Source of the DNA: Trypanosoma brucei
Lineage: Eukaryota
Direction of reading: 5' to 3'
DNA: 64,000 nucleotides
Assembly: GCA_000002445.1 (NCBI GenBank)
Contig: CP000071.1
Location: 1,888,001-1,952,000 of the forward strand
The number at the start of each line of letters is the position of its first letter. Within the stretch, counting starts at the first letter, position 1. Below, piece by piece: positions 43,282 through 54,793 of the stretch. A program made the translations under genes and the position numbers. Below the pieces are notes generated by a model. It searched no databases and was not told the origin of the DNA. It was given only the letters and a program-made list of their open reading frames with translations.

Positions 43282-44814
43282 TCATTGTCCCATAAAGAGA
43301 GACATCATTGTGTCGACAGTTCCATCTACCCCGGCCTCACCACCGCATGCCAGCATCAGCCAACGCCTCATTGCCTCAGGTGCAACGGATACCGTCCCAA
43401 CATGCCCGGCAGACCCCGTAGGGAAGAAAACATACTCCAACAAATACTGCAAAAGTCGTGGACCCAAGAAACTGCAGTCCGCACCGCTACTGCGCTGCAA
43501 CCACATTTCCCAGTCCCCTCTCCACCCCGCAGTAATTCCATCCAGCGGCGCCACTTCCTCTTCCTCGTTACAGGCAACAGCGGAAGCAGTAGCACAGGAT
43601 CCGCCACGATCTCCACCATCACTCTCCGTATAATTACCAACCTCACCACCGCCACCCAACCCAGCTGTGCCGGGTGCAGTCAGTCGCAGTTCATTCTGCT
43701 CGTCTCGCAGAATCGCAGCGCCTACAGTGTACGCGATACAATAAAACAAAGATTCCATTGGTGGAAGCACGAGTAACTCCACGGGCACCCCATGAGTAAG
43801 CGATGCTGCAGAAGAAGATGGGAGAGACACCAGACTTGCTACGGTGGCAGCGGCATCGGAAACACCATCAAAAAGGGCGCTGTCTTCACCAGCGCTGAGT
43901 GCCTTCACAGCATGCGTGTACGCCGCGGCCTTAGCGGCAATCTCAATGCACACGCGAAGCCGTTTCTCCTCCACAGCTTTTTCCTTTGCCTCCTCCTCCT
44001 CCTCGTCTGTACATTTACTTGTGCCGTTGCCCACAGCTGCTGTTTGCTCATCTTCAGTGCGCTGAATTAGCTCGTCGACCGCAGTGGCGGCGGCCTGAAG
44101 CATCAATAACGCTATTTTACTTTCCTTGGCCACATCTTCACTGTTACTCCCGAAACCGTCCACGTCGCTGGCTTCCTCACCGCCACGGTGACCCTCCTCT
44201 AGGCTGTTGTCACCCTTTGCCTTTCGCTTCCCATTGCCGCTGCTGCCGCCGCAACTACCACCCGGCGCTGAAGGCATTTTTTTCACGCGGCAATAATCCA
44301 CAATACTGCAGATACACGGGACATATATCCACCCCGGGAGCTCGTTACCGTCACCGCCGGATCGCGGACCGCTCGGATGCAATAACCGTTCCATTGCCAT
44401 GTCATCCTGTGGCCCCGAACTCACAACATTTCGCCACGCCTCGATGTTAAGTGATGGTTGCTGCCATCGAGACAACGAATGCTCCACCTGCGCTGCCTCA
44501 TTGATGGTGGAAAGAACCGCATCCGTGTTGGACCGGCCGCACAAGTTGTTAACGTCACCGGTTGCCAACAGGGACGCGGCGTGTCGAAGCGTTTGGAGCA
44601 GTTTGTTGCGTCCCTGTTGAATGGCGCGACAACGACGCAGAATATCGGCTCGCGCAAGTTGAGTAAGCTCATCTGCACGTGTGAGCACTTGACGGGAGCG
44701 GATGCGTTCGCCAATGACGGCGACCCGCTGATAGAGTTCTGATTGCGTTTTGTTGGCGCGGTGCAGCACGGCATCTAACTCTTGGAGAATAAGCTCCGCC
44801 GGGGCGGCAGCCAT
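43282..44814 (-). CDS. hypothetical protein (510 aa from ATG 44814)
   Basis: The track ORF extends to 45195, but its first 127 codons are hydrophobic low-complexity translation of a polypyrimidine tract. The first ATG (MAAAPAELILQELDAV) is at 44814, directly downstream of that tract. Confidence 0.5.
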   Translation of the reverse strand: MAAAPAELILQELDAVLHRANKTQSELYQRVAVIGERIRSRQVLTRADELTQLARADILRRCRAIQQGRNKLLQTLRHAASLLATGDVNNLCGRSNTDAVLSTINEAAQVEHSLSRWQQPSLNIEAWRNVVSSGPQDDMAMERLLHPSGPRSGGDGNELPGWIYVPCICSIVDYCRVKKMPSAPGGSCGGSSGNGKRKAKGDNSLEEGHRGGEEASDVDGFGSNSEDVAKESKIALLMLQAAATAVDELIQRTEDEQTAAVGNGTSKCTDEEEEEAKEKAVEEKRLRVCIEIAAKAAAYTHAVKALSAGEDSALFDGVSDAAATVASLVSLPSSSAASLTHGVPVELLVLPPMESLFYCIAYTVGAAILRDEQNELRLTAPGTAGLGGGGEVGNYTESDGGDRGGSCATASAVACNEEEEVAPLDGITAGWRGDWEMWLQRSSGADCSFLGPRLLQYLLEYVFFPTGSAGHVGTVSVAPEAMRRWLMLACGGEAGVDGTVDTMMSLFMGQ

Positions 44815-45276
44815 TCCACGCGTAGAGCACACTAATTGCCTTACACAACCTACTAGTAAGGAAGGCAGGCCCAAGAGGCAAGATGAAGAGAGTACATAGA
44901 GAAAGAATGCAACAAGGGAGGGGGTGGAATAAAGAAAAAAAACTTTCAGGAGAGTCTTCAGCGTACCAACCCAACATTGAGTTAACGAGCGTTCACACAC
45001 AACGGAGTCTGGAGGAACGAGCGTCGCACAGAGTAAGGGTGACGCAATAGAAAAGAAGCTCATCATGTGCCAACGAACATAAACCAGGTCAATGGCCCCA
45101 GCATGTTGCAAGTGATACAGGTAGAGAGACCAACTAGCAGGTCGGTTGCTGATACCAATCGTACGTGCGGCGGTTGATAAACCCCCGTGCAACACAGGGG
45201 TTCAGTGTGGTGAAGTGATGGGTAAACGCAAATAACTGCGCTCCAGCACAAGGTACTGGGGTCTCCCATGTGTAAA

Positions 45277-45771
45277 TTAGTAATGATAGCCACTAGATGA
45301 TGATCCCATGCCTGTTTTGGTGTTCCCAAGCCGCTGCATATCACACACAGCCCGCAGCACCTCTTCCCTCGAAGTTTCCAATACCATTCCGCCCATCACC
45401 ATTTCCATCAGAAGTAACTGCACCTTGTCAGAATGAAATATGAGATCAAGCTCGCACACATTTTCAAAGGTACGATCAAGTACTTCCACGAAAACCTGAA
45501 TGAGGTCTAATATCGCCAACTGAGACTCGCTACTATCAACAACAAATACAAAACAGAGCGTAGCATAGTGTCGGTACACAACGCGAGTGTCGGGTGTTGG
45601 CCACTCGCGGAAGTTGTCGACAAAGTTGCACAAGTCGGCACCACGACGGGAAATCAGGGAATGAACACGCTGCACCAGCTCCTGCTGCACACTAAGTGGA
45701 ATCTCCTTCTCATACACATTCAGGAGCCGGATCTTCCCGACCATATTAATTATTATAACAGCCTTAATCAT
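45277..45771 (-). CDS. adaptor protein complex AP-3 sigma subunit
   Basis: ATG at 45771 (MIKAVIIINMVGKIRLLNVYEK). Strong match to the AP-3 sigma3 consensus I recall: ..YRHYATLxFVFxVDSSESxLxILDLIQVFVExLDxxFENVCELDLIFH...EMVMGGMVLET. About 164 aa is typical of sigma subunits. Confidence 0.9.
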   Translation of the reverse strand: MIKAVIIINMVGKIRLLNVYEKEIPLSVQQELVQRVHSLISRRGADLCNFVDNFREWPTPDTRVVYRHYATLCFVFVVDSSESQLAILDLIQVFVEVLDRTFENVCELDLIFHSDKVQLLLMEMVMGGMVLETSREEVLRAVCDMQRLGNTKTGMGSSSSGYHY

Positions 45772-46607
45772 TGTTGAAATATGTATTCCCCCTCCTTTTC
45801 CTCCTCCCTCGATGCAAGTTGATGGCGACACAACCTTGCACTGTCACTAATTTTGGGGATTTGAAGTGTCCCTTGCTACGGGGGCACAACAAACACAAGA
45901 CGATGTACACCTAAATTATTGTACGCCATGAATGAAACGACAAGAATTAAGCAAGCGCGCAAAAATGAAAGAAAAGTAGTAGACTCACCCAAAAGCGAAC
46001 GCATAAAACAACACGTACGCACATAAATTTGTTCATGTTTAGTTGTTGGTGGACACACGCAATGATGTGGAGAGAAGAAACACCATTCAGAGTGCTACAC
46101 ACACACACAACGCGCTGAAACACATGCACGCCCCGCACAGAGAAAACCAGGAAGGAACCGTATTTGGACTGGAAAAAAAAGGGAAAAAGAGGCAGTGTCT
46201 CACGTTGCGCGAGGTCACTCAGTGGCAAGGCAGTTGGCACAAATGTCCTCCACCTCGTAACTCTCACAGTAAAAAACAAACATAATAGACGCAAACAAAC
46301 ACATAAAAATTATGGCTGAGCGAGAGTAAGTAACAAGTTTCATAGAAAAATACAAGAACTCAACGAGTGTTAGTGAGTTTGTGGAGAAATCAAACATGAA
46401 TCCAGGTACTCGCCTGTATTCCTGGACGGCAACAACAAAAGCCCCAAGAGAAACCCATCCAATAAGACATCCACCAGAACCTGCGCCAGTGCAGCGGTGC
46501 GTAAGGGCAATCACGTAATGGTGTTTTATTTTATTAAAACATCTTCAGAATTCAGCGGTAACGAGTTATTACGTTCTTCTGCCTTGCACACCCACAATTC
46601 AAATGAA

Positions 46608-46629
46608 AACACACACACACACACACACA
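46608..46629. repeat. (AC)n microsatellite
   Basis: Direct read. Confidence 0.9.
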
Positions 46630-46720
46630 TCGTTGGGTTACAACCGCAACGATTCTGCACACCCGCCTGCTAAAAAAAGTGACTTCTGATCTTGGAAGGA
46701 TAAGGCTATGAACTGGCATC

Positions 46721-49700
46721 TCACTGCGAATCAACTGTGAAGACTTCTGGGGGAGTATCACGTCTCGGCTTTTGAAGAACCGGATCAGGTGAAGCCCATG
46801 GCACTACACCTGCCGGAGGCCCTAACGCGTTAAGCTTTAGGGATTCATCGCACATCTGCATTAAGTAGTCCACACTCATAATATCTACTTTGGGCTGCTG
46901 CTCTTCCGGGTGCGGTAGACACGCGTTCCCGCCCCGCGAGGCACACTCGAACGCGGTTGCTGATGGAGATTGTCTGTTTGATTGCCCTGGAAGTGGAAGC
47001 GGGGTTGCCATTTGCGTATAACTTGATAAAAGTTCTGGAGATTCGGCCAATGGGGTGCGGCGAATCGGCAACTCACACTCATTTAGCGTGTTACCCTCCA
47101 GCGTGGGGTTATTCAACAGCTGCTGGCTCGGCTGTGGCTCCGCATTTGTAGGTGCTGCTGCCATCATCTTGAACATCGTTTTCTTTGGTGCTGACGGCCT
47201 TCCCATCGGCACTGGAGGCGCTGATCCAGTGGGCAATGATCCCTCTCTGACGGGGTCTCCGCCTGGCGACCCCTGCTGGTATGGAGTCGTCACAGACGTC
47301 TTCTGCGGGGTGACATCTGAATCTGATGGCGTGACTGAACCCTGAAGCAGTGGGGGCTTGTTGCCTTTCCATGGGGTATGCTCTCCCGTATTTTCTTCAC
47401 TTTCGTCAACAGTTCGACCCGCACTCGGCGATCCACGTGAGAGGCGGTGCCGGTCCGCTATCACAGTAGTCGTCTGTAACAACATGTCCTCCTCCAACCC
47501 TGTCAACAAGCCGACATCTCCAATGTGCTCATTACGGAACTTCCTGTACAGTCGCAATATATCGACACCAAACTTTTTCACTTTGTTCTTACCAAAGCCT
47601 TCCAAATCGCTGAACTGGCTCACAGAACCCCACCCTTGCTCGGTGAGCGTGGCTGCCAACGTTTCCATAGTCTTCCTACTCATCACGTGGTACTTCCGAC
47701 CTCCATCAGAGTTCTCAGCCAGCTTTCGCAAAAGCGCTTCCAGCTCCAAAAGAAAGGAAGCCTTAATGTTCTCCAACTGTGCGTCAGCAAGTGTGAACGA
47801 TTTAGATCCCAACGCATTCGCACTTTTGCTTTTACTTGTACGCCTTTTCCCCTTGTCGCGAAGGGGGCCTGCGGCAGCGCCCGTCACTCGAGATGGGAGT
47901 GCCGGTGGCGACTCAGTCGATCGATCACTGGAGTTGTTATTGGCTCGACTGCGCTTCCTTCCCAGTTGTTGTATCACTTCCACACAAGAAGGCGACGCCT
48001 GTGATGAGGAAGAATTCGCTTCGGAAAGGCTTGAAGCATCGCCATCGGTGACGTCATCAATAACAACGGTGTTGTTACTAGACCTGCCAGTCAAAGAAGT
48101 GGAAGCTAAACCCTCACAGTCGCCCAGAATAAGCTCATTATCACGGACCCCTTTCCGCTTAGATGAAGTTCTAGCAACAGCATGTCTGCTGGATCGTAGT
48201 TGTGGTCTTCTGGCCTGGTCATCCGCTACATCATCATCATCCTCATCATCTTCAAACTGCTCCCCACTACCCCGTCTAGTTGAAGCGGACTTTCGGTTGC
48301 GCCCTGCGTCCTTTTTATTCGACTTACCCTTGCGTTCACCAACGGCCACCGCATCGGAAGCGATCGTCGACTCACGTTCCCTATTAGCTCGCACGCGTTT
48401 CTCACCCCGTACGACAAGTTGAATCTTCCGTTGTCCCGTCTTCATACTGTTCAAAATTTTGATGCCCTCTGAATCCCCTGGGTCAAGGTATGCGCATACT
48501 CCGAACTCTGTCAGCCGCTCGAATCGCGCCTTAAACACTCCTAGAGTAATACCCTCATTCAATACACGTCCCAGTAACACCTTGGAGTGACGTGAACCTT
48601 TCCGATACTCTGGCGGGGCACCCTTCTGTCGTAGGCGTCTCTCCACAATGTTCCCGACGTCCGACGTGCCGCGGTATACTGCAATTAGCTGTTTTTGAGT
48701 TAGAGAGCCAATGTATATGGTAATGTTGAAGAAGTCTATAAGAATACTCGTGACGTCGATCATCTCAGGTTCCCATCCCTCCTCTTTCCTGCTTGCGCAG
48801 TTATCACATATCTCCACATCCCCAGGTGCTGTTAGGCAAAAGTGATCGCTGACATGCTCACCAAAGTAACTCAACTGTTGCATTCTCCGGCAATGTACAT
48901 CATTCAAGGTGTAACCCACCATATGGCACAACGAAAGCATAGAAGTTTGAGAATCTTTTGAACCGCATATCATCTGTTCATGGCGTTGCCTGTCACCCGC
49001 TGCAAAGAGTAAGAAGCACTTTGATGAAAGTCCATCGCGGCCCGCCCGTCCACTCTCTTGATAGTACCCCTCAATGGACTTGGGCATAGCCGCATGGATG
49101 ACAAAACGCACATCGGGCTTGTTGATCCCCATACCAAACGCAACCGTCGCGCAGAGAACCTGCAGCTCGTCCCTTGTCCACTGCTCCTGCTTTTCATTCT
49201 TCTCAGATGCGTCAGCGTGGTAATAAGATGCGCGGATACCCTCTTTCCGTAGAACTGCTGCCATCTCTTCGCAGTCCTTCTTGGAAATACAATACACGAT
49301 GCCACAAGACCGTGGGGGGAAATTTTTCTTAATAATTTCTGCCACGGTAGATCCCGCCTTACTTGTAATTCTCTGCACGGAGTACTTAAGGTTATGTCGA
49401 TTAAATGAACCCTTGAACGAGACGGCATTGTGAAGGCCAAGTGTCTGTATGATGTCCCTCTGCACCGTGTCAGTTGCTGTGGCGGTGAGTGCGGAAATAG
49501 GGACTTGGGGAAAGTGGTGCTTCAGTGCCGCCAACTTACGGTAATCCGGACGGAAGTCGTGACCCCATTGCGAGACGCAGTGCGCCTCATCCACAACAAA
49601 TCGGTTCAATAGTCCACGGTTTTCGAGGCTTTTGAGTGACTGCACGAAATGGTCGCTGCGGCCGAAGTATTCTGGTGTTACATACACAAGTGTGCAAACA

Positions 49701-51367
49701 ATACGGCCCGAACTCCACTCATTAAAGAGGTCTCGCCTTGGTGCATCTAAGGTCTGACCAGTTAACGCCATAGCTGGAAGGTCATAGGCGCGGAGCGCGT
49801 AGACCTGATCCTGAATCAGAGAAACAAGGGGGGATATTACAATGGTGACTTTCGCCGGATTTGGTAACAGCGCCGGTAGTTGGTAGCAGAGAGACTTGCC
49901 TCCTCCGGTTGGCAAGAGCACGAACACGTCACGATTGGCCATACATGCATTCATAATCTCCAACTGAAGGAAACGGAAATTGTGGAGACCGAAAACATCA
50001 ACCATGGTTCGACGCAGCTCTTCCGACCACGGATAATGCTCCCCGGAAAACTCCCCCGTGGACGCTTTAGCGATGCTAACAGGGTCCTGGTTGGAACCGT
50101 GCAGCGATGCGTCCAGAAGCTCCCTCTCACATGATTCCCACGTGAAGCGATTTGGGTTATTGCCTCCTTTAAACTGAGCGGAGTAAACAGCTACCTTGCC
50201 TTCAACCACTTCTTCTGTGGCTGTGCGCAGTGCCCCTACACCAGAAAATACTTCACCACCCCGTCCCGCTGCAGCAAATGCATCGTGAGCACCATTTCCC
50301 TCACCGAATGCACCACCACTGGACTCCACTACTGATGGAAGCTGGTGGGGTGCGACACCACGCTCCCCGCTATGGGTGAAGGCCGCCCCAGCGTACCCCG
50401 GAGAGGGCGATACAAATACAGGAGCGGAGACCTGAGTAGGCACTGCCGCTGAATAAAAGCCATTAGAATCAAGCGGAACGCGTGTGCCATTCGCACCACT
50501 TGCAGAACTCAAAGTGCCAGAAACAGAACCGGGGGGTTTACTACTTGTGGCAACGACGTGAGGAAGAGAGACATTGGGGTTACGTCCTAGAAGCTCTCGC
50601 TGCCGTTGTCTTAGGTTGGCGAATAGCACCTCTAGTGCCGCCAATTTGCGGTCAGCCTCCTCCACGACCTCGCTAGTGTCACACTCCTCATTCTCCCGTA
50701 ATAGCATATCATCACGGTATCTCCTTTGACGGTGGATTTCCTCTATCACCTCCGACAAATTTGCCTTCAATTCCGATAGCGGTTGTGCTGAAGAGCCCAC
50801 AGAGGGTGCAGGAAACGAAGGTAAGGAAGAGGAAGCGACAGGCCTTCCCCCGTCAGAACCCTGCAGTGCCACATCAGTCTGCACTGTAAATCGTTCAGCA
50901 TTCCCTCCGCCACTGTTAAAAGATTGTTTCTGAGTATTTGCAGTCGCAACACACCTTTTCACATCATGCGGTACAGTCGGTCTTCCTGCCACTTCAACGC
51001 TTGTGGAGGCGGTGGCGAGAGCGGCAACCACACTTGTAGTTCTCGCCGCGGTAATAGTTGCACTACCAGCAGTAGCCGCGATGGCATTAGAATTGGTATT
51101 AACAGGATCTACTGTAGTGTTGGGATCCGGATAAACGCACACACTCTGCGTCATGTCGCAAGCATGATTCGTGGGAGCCGGAAAAGCACCGGGACCAGCG
51201 GCAAACAATTTCCGTGCCCCTTCCTCACGAGGCTGCGGGTTCGACTCACTACTGGATTGTACAGGCGGTAGACCACGAGGTAGTGGGTCGTTCTTCACTA
51301 GGGCCGCCGTGGCGCTGACTACAAGTGGGCGCCACTTATCCAAGACGCAACTTAAATCTTTGTCCAT
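46721..51367 (-). CDS. RecQ-family ATP-dependent DNA helicase (BLM/Sgs1-like) with long low-complexity N-terminal extension and HRDC-containing C-terminus
   Basis: ATG at 51367 (track start 51400 is TTG). Helicase motif I LLPTGGGKSLCYQLPAL, DEAH box VVDEAHCVSQWGHDFRPDY, motif III ALTATAT, RQC Zn-binding region (CDNCA..), and the HRDC-like region (LASTSLTGRS... / LTEQGWGSVSQFSDLEGFGKNKVKKFG). Confidence 0.9.
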   Translation of the reverse strand: MDKDLSCVLDKWRPLVVSATAALVKNDPLPRGLPPVQSSSESNPQPREEGARKLFAAGPGAFPAPTNHACDMTQSVCVYPDPNTTVDPVNTNSNAIAATAGSATITAARTTSVVAALATASTSVEVAGRPTVPHDVKRCVATANTQKQSFNSGGGNAERFTVQTDVALQGSDGGRPVASSSLPSFPAPSVGSSAQPLSELKANLSEVIEEIHRQRRYRDDMLLRENEECDTSEVVEEADRKLAALEVLFANLRQRQRELLGRNPNVSLPHVVATSSKPPGSVSGTLSSASGANGTRVPLDSNGFYSAAVPTQVSAPVFVSPSPGYAGAAFTHSGERGVAPHQLPSVVESSGGAFGEGNGAHDAFAAAGRGGEVFSGVGALRTATEEVVEGKVAVYSAQFKGGNNPNRFTWESCERELLDASLHGSNQDPVSIAKASTGEFSGEHYPWSEELRRTMVDVFGLHNFRFLQLEIMNACMANRDVFVLLPTGGGKSLCYQLPALLPNPAKVTIVISPLVSLIQDQVYALRAYDLPAMALTGQTLDAPRRDLFNEWSSGRIVCTLVYVTPEYFGRSDHFVQSLKSLENRGLLNRFVVDEAHCVSQWGHDFRPDYRKLAALKHHFPQVPISALTATATDTVQRDIIQTLGLHNAVSFKGSFNRHNLKYSVQRITSKAGSTVAEIIKKNFPPRSCGIVYCISKKDCEEMAAVLRKEGIRASYYHADASEKNEKQEQWTRDELQVLCATVAFGMGINKPDVRFVIHAAMPKSIEGYYQESGRAGRDGLSSKCFLLFAAGDRQRHEQMICGSKDSQTSMLSLCHMVGYTLNDVHCRRMQQLSYFGEHVSDHFCLTAPGDVEICDNCASRKEEGWEPEMIDVTSILIDFFNITIYIGSLTQKQLIAVYRGTSDVGNIVERRLRQKGAPPEYRKGSRHSKVLLGRVLNEGITLGVFKARFERLTEFGVCAYLDPGDSEGIKILNSMKTGQRKIQLVVRGEKRVRANRERESTIASDAVAVGERKGKSNKKDAGRNRKSASTRRGSGEQFEDDEDDDDVADDQARRPQLRSSRHAVARTSSKRKGVRDNELILGDCEGLASTSLTGRSSNNTVVIDDVTDGDASSLSEANSSSSQASPSCVEVIQQLGRKRSRANNNSSDRSTESPPALPSRVTGAAAGPLRDKGKRRTSKSKSANALGSKSFTLADAQLENIKASFLLELEALLRKLAENSDGGRKYHVMSRKTMETLAATLTEQGWGSVSQFSDLEGFGKNKVKKFGVDILRLYRKFRNEHIGDVGLLTGLEEDMLLQTTTVIADRHRLSRGSPSAGRTVDESEENTGEHTPWKGNKPPLLQGSVTPSDSDVTPQKTSVTTPYQQGSPGGDPVREGSLPTGSAPPVPMGRPSAPKKTMFKMMAAAPTNAEPQPSQQLLNNPTLEGNTLNECELPIRRTPLAESPELLSSYTQMATPLPLPGQSNRQSPSATAFECASRGGNACLPHPEEQQPKVDIMSVDYLMQMCDESLKLNALGPPAGVVPWASPDPVLQKPRRDTPPEVFTVDSQ

Positions 51368-53149
51368 AGGACAAAACACTAAAAAATAAGTAATACACAA
51401 ACTTTATACAACGACACAATACCAACCACAACCTCAAAATAAACTTGCGTATCGCTGAGAGGCGGAGTGATGTGAGCGCTGAGGCGCAAATATATAGAAA
51501 GAGGGTTAAAAAATCCCTTTCCCACAGGTTCACTGACTCCCCTCTCCAGCCAATGTACTCTTTTTTCTTTTCTGTACCCCTTCCCTAATTATGTCGTAAG
51601 GGTTGCCTACACACACACGGGTAAACAGACAGGTGATTACAAGATGGGTAAGGGTGAGAAACGAAGTTCAAATATAAACGCGTCGACGGCGGGGCACCTA
51701 ACACAAGGGCAGTATTGAAGATAATCAATGAATTCTGTGGACAGATGGAACGCAGGAAAAAAAATAAAACCAAGACATATGTAGACTGCTGCCACTGTAG
51801 GCAGGACTCTTCCTCTCCCTCTCTGTACACATTCTCTCCCATTACCCCCTACCGCTTTCCTTTTCACATACAGACACGCTTGTGAGGCGCAAAACACAAT
51901 TAGAAGAAAGGAACGGATTTACACATACACACGTAATGATCATCACCTCAGCTTAGCTGAACTCCCCGCACCCTCCAGTAAAGAATCCGAAAAATGCGTA
52001 TTTTTATCGTACCTCGAATATAACGATTGCGTTATGACCAGTAGCGATAACATCAACAACACGGAGGTCCCAGTCACCGGCAGCTCTTTTGGTAATAACA
52101 GGGAAAGAAAACACAACAAATAAATAAATAAAGTACGAACAAGAAGAATAGCATTTCCCTTTCTTCCAGCGGCTTATGGGCATCAGGAGAGGAAAGACAA
52201 TGGAAACTCCCCCAATGAAAGATGGCGGAAGCGTTGCACACACACAATCGTAAACGGGCATATACTCCTCCGTGTCTGAAACAGAAAGAACGACAAACAG
52301 ACAAGTAAAGCGATGTTATTAAGCCTACCACCGCGACAGCAAGCAGAATATATATATATATATATGAAATAGATAGACCGGTACGCCCACAGAGACAAAT
52401 AAAATTACGCCCACACACCTATTGACGGTAAAGCAACACTATAGTGATGTAATTAATGTTTACAAACCGACGTCTACGTACTAGGGAACAAATTTGATGA
52501 CAATAAAAGGTGTGTACCTCAATGGAAATGAAAAAAAAATAAGTAAAAGCACATATTTGCCGCGTAACGGAAACTGAATCATCTCGACCACATGCCTTCG
52601 CGCCTCTTTCTTTGCATTCGCATGAAACGAGAGAAAGGTTCACAAACATGTTGAATTAACTTTAGGGGAAAGAACGAAAAAATGTACAGACAAATAGGTG
52701 GTCGGTACACCCTCTCAGACATCCCTTCACACACGTGAACAGGTGCGAAGAGGCGTGACGACGACGGTAAACAAAAATAACACTGCACAGGGATCTAACT
52801 CAGGGGAAACGGAAGAATCATATTAGTGATCACAAAAAAAAATATCTTTCCCATTTTTTAGAGAAGCGAAGGCGCACAATGGTGAATGCCCGCCGAACGT
52901 AACCCACGGTGAGAATACCCTAAAGCGAATCCAGGAATACTCAAGGATATATAGACAGAGAAAGAGAAGCACAGAGACGTCTTTTTTTTTTTTTCACTCC
53001 TTGCAAACCCTTCAGTATCCGCTTCCCTCCTCAGATTTTCCTCCCCACAATCCTCTTGCACCTCCCATTGGGTGCAGGCATACAAATGCACAATGAAAAG
53101 AGGGATGAATTTTCCCAACCTTTTGTTCCGCTTCCTCACGTTTGGATCA

Positions 53150-54793
53150 TTAAGAAGCCTCCGGCGAGGTCTTGGCACTACCCCAAACACAAGAACCACG
53201 GAGCATGACATAAATCCCGACCGCAAACATCAGACTTCCAAGGAGAAACCCGACGGAAAGCATGAAGACACCCGGCGTTATATCTTCACAGTCCGGCATG
53301 GCAGTTAGCGCAATGTCGAGCATAAAATTACATTCCAGCAGCGGTCGACCTATTGAAAGTGCAACACTGACGTTACGCGACCGTGCAGCCACACGTACGA
53401 CTTCGATAGAGACGTTCTTTGCCCTGCCCTCCGTACAATTGGCCGCACACTCCACTACCGTGCAAGAATTTCCGGGAGTAGGGCATGAACCAACGAAGGC
53501 CTTCACCCGTGTGTCCTCCAGTACTGTTGCTGTGATGCCAAAGTTTGGACACTCATCGGATGAGGTGATATTCTTTCCACAAGTCAGAACCTTCACGGGA
53601 AAAGTACCACCCACATTCCTAGCTGCCGCATGACTTACAAACCCACTTGCTATGAAAGAAGCAGGGGCGTCAGGGGATATGTCGCTAGATCGCGTGTTCG
53701 GCTTACCGTTTCTGTCTTTGAGGTAACCAGAAGGCACATAACCATCATAAGATACACTTGATCCCGAAAAACGACTCATACTTGGGCCACGCATATCCAG
53801 ATTATCACAGTTATCAAGCAAATAATTGCAAGCCTCCCTACAAATGCCAATCTCCGCGTCTGTCACTTTCTTGTTAATAGCATCAGGGCGAAACTTGCTA
53901 TTGCATAATGGGATTCCGTACCACTGGATAATGCCAGGCTTTCGCTCACGGTGAAGTGCAATCTCGCCACACACAGATGAAGAAGCATAGCTCAACAGGA
54001 ACAAAACAGCACCGCCAACTGAAAAAACAAGCCCGAAAACGAAATATGCACAAGCGAAGCATTCGGGCACTATCAAAGGACCTCGGCGACAGCAAGCAAG
54101 AATAACCATCGGAGCCATCAACGCAATACATACGGAACCCACCGCATAAGAAACAACAGGTAACAACTTAATATAATCTCCCGCTCTACCTCTCAACATT
54201 TCAACAACACGAACGGCGTTTTCCGATATATCATAGAAAAAGCTCACATCAACACCATCAGCGTATGGCTCTCTATTTCCAGAGGTCCAGTTAGACGCAA
54301 AATCAATAACTTTTTCCGCAGTGCAGTTCACAACATTCAACGGATTCATCAATGTTACATCGAGAAAATAATTTGAGGTTGCCCACAACTGCTTCACCCC
54401 AAAGAACACAAATGCAGCAACACCAAAAGCCCATATTAAAGCAAACATAATCCACATCCAAAGGCAGCAACGTTGTTCCTTACCTCCGTCCTTAGAGGAA
54501 GGCTTGCAACGGGAGGAACACAGGCATGTAAGAAAGCAAGATATGGGGAAAGCAATTAACACAGCCACGAAAAGGAAAGCACAGAGAGCAGGCATTGCTA
54601 ACATACGCCACTGCGCTAAGATACGGTCGGTATCCATAATGCACGTAAGAGGGTCATTTCGAGCACTGGGCCCATCCCAGACATTGTCACAGTGAAGATT
54701 TGGAAACTTGGAGTTTCCGCATTGCGTAACTGTTAACAACAGCACCAATAACACTGCAGCATAGAAAGAGCTGCCAGTGGTAACGGAGGACAT
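53150..54793 (-). CDS. multi-pass membrane protein, tandem family copy 1 (most divergent, 547 aa)
   Basis: ATG at 54793. It shares the N-terminal 45 aa (MSSVTTGSSFYAAVLLVLLLTVTQCGNSKFPNLHCDNVWDGPSA) and TM2/TM3 (FPISCFLTCLCSSRCKPSSKDGGKEQRCCLWMWIMFALIWAFGVAAFVFFG) with copies 2 to 4. Confidence 0.8.
   Translation of the reverse strand: MSSVTTGSSFYAAVLLVLLLTVTQCGNSKFPNLHCDNVWDGPSARNDPLTCIMDTDRILAQWRMLAMPALCAFLFVAVLIAFPISCFLTCLCSSRCKPSSKDGGKEQRCCLWMWIMFALIWAFGVAAFVFFGVKQLWATSNYFLDVTLMNPLNVVNCTAEKVIDFASNWTSGNREPYADGVDVSFFYDISENAVRVVEMLRGRAGDYIKLLPVVSYAVGSVCIALMAPMVILACCRRGPLIVPECFACAYFVFGLVFSVGGAVLFLLSYASSSVCGEIALHRERKPGIIQWYGIPLCNSKFRPDAINKKVTDAEIGICREACNYLLDNCDNLDMRGPSMSRFSGSSVSYDGYVPSGYLKDRNGKPNTRSSDISPDAPASFIASGFVSHAAARNVGGTFPVKVLTCGKNITSSDECPNFGITATVLEDTRVKAFVGSCPTPGNSCTVVECAANCTEGRAKNVSIEVVRVAARSRNVSVALSIGRPLLECNFMLDIALTAMPDCEDITPGVFMLSVGFLLGSLMFAVGIYVMLRGSCVWGSAKTSPEAS

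Noticed and set aside
43282-45195. A 127-codon hydrophobic N-terminal extension of the 43282 gene in the ORF track
   Set aside because: It is a translation of the polypyrimidine tract upstream of the real ATG at 44814. The track evidently accepts non-ATG starts: the track starts of the 46721..51400, 22441..23550 and 62955..63992 ORFs are TTG, and those of the 17878..18807, 20788..21795, 23911..25029, 29871..31748 and 10759..11469 ORFs are GTG. I re-set the starts to the first ATG.
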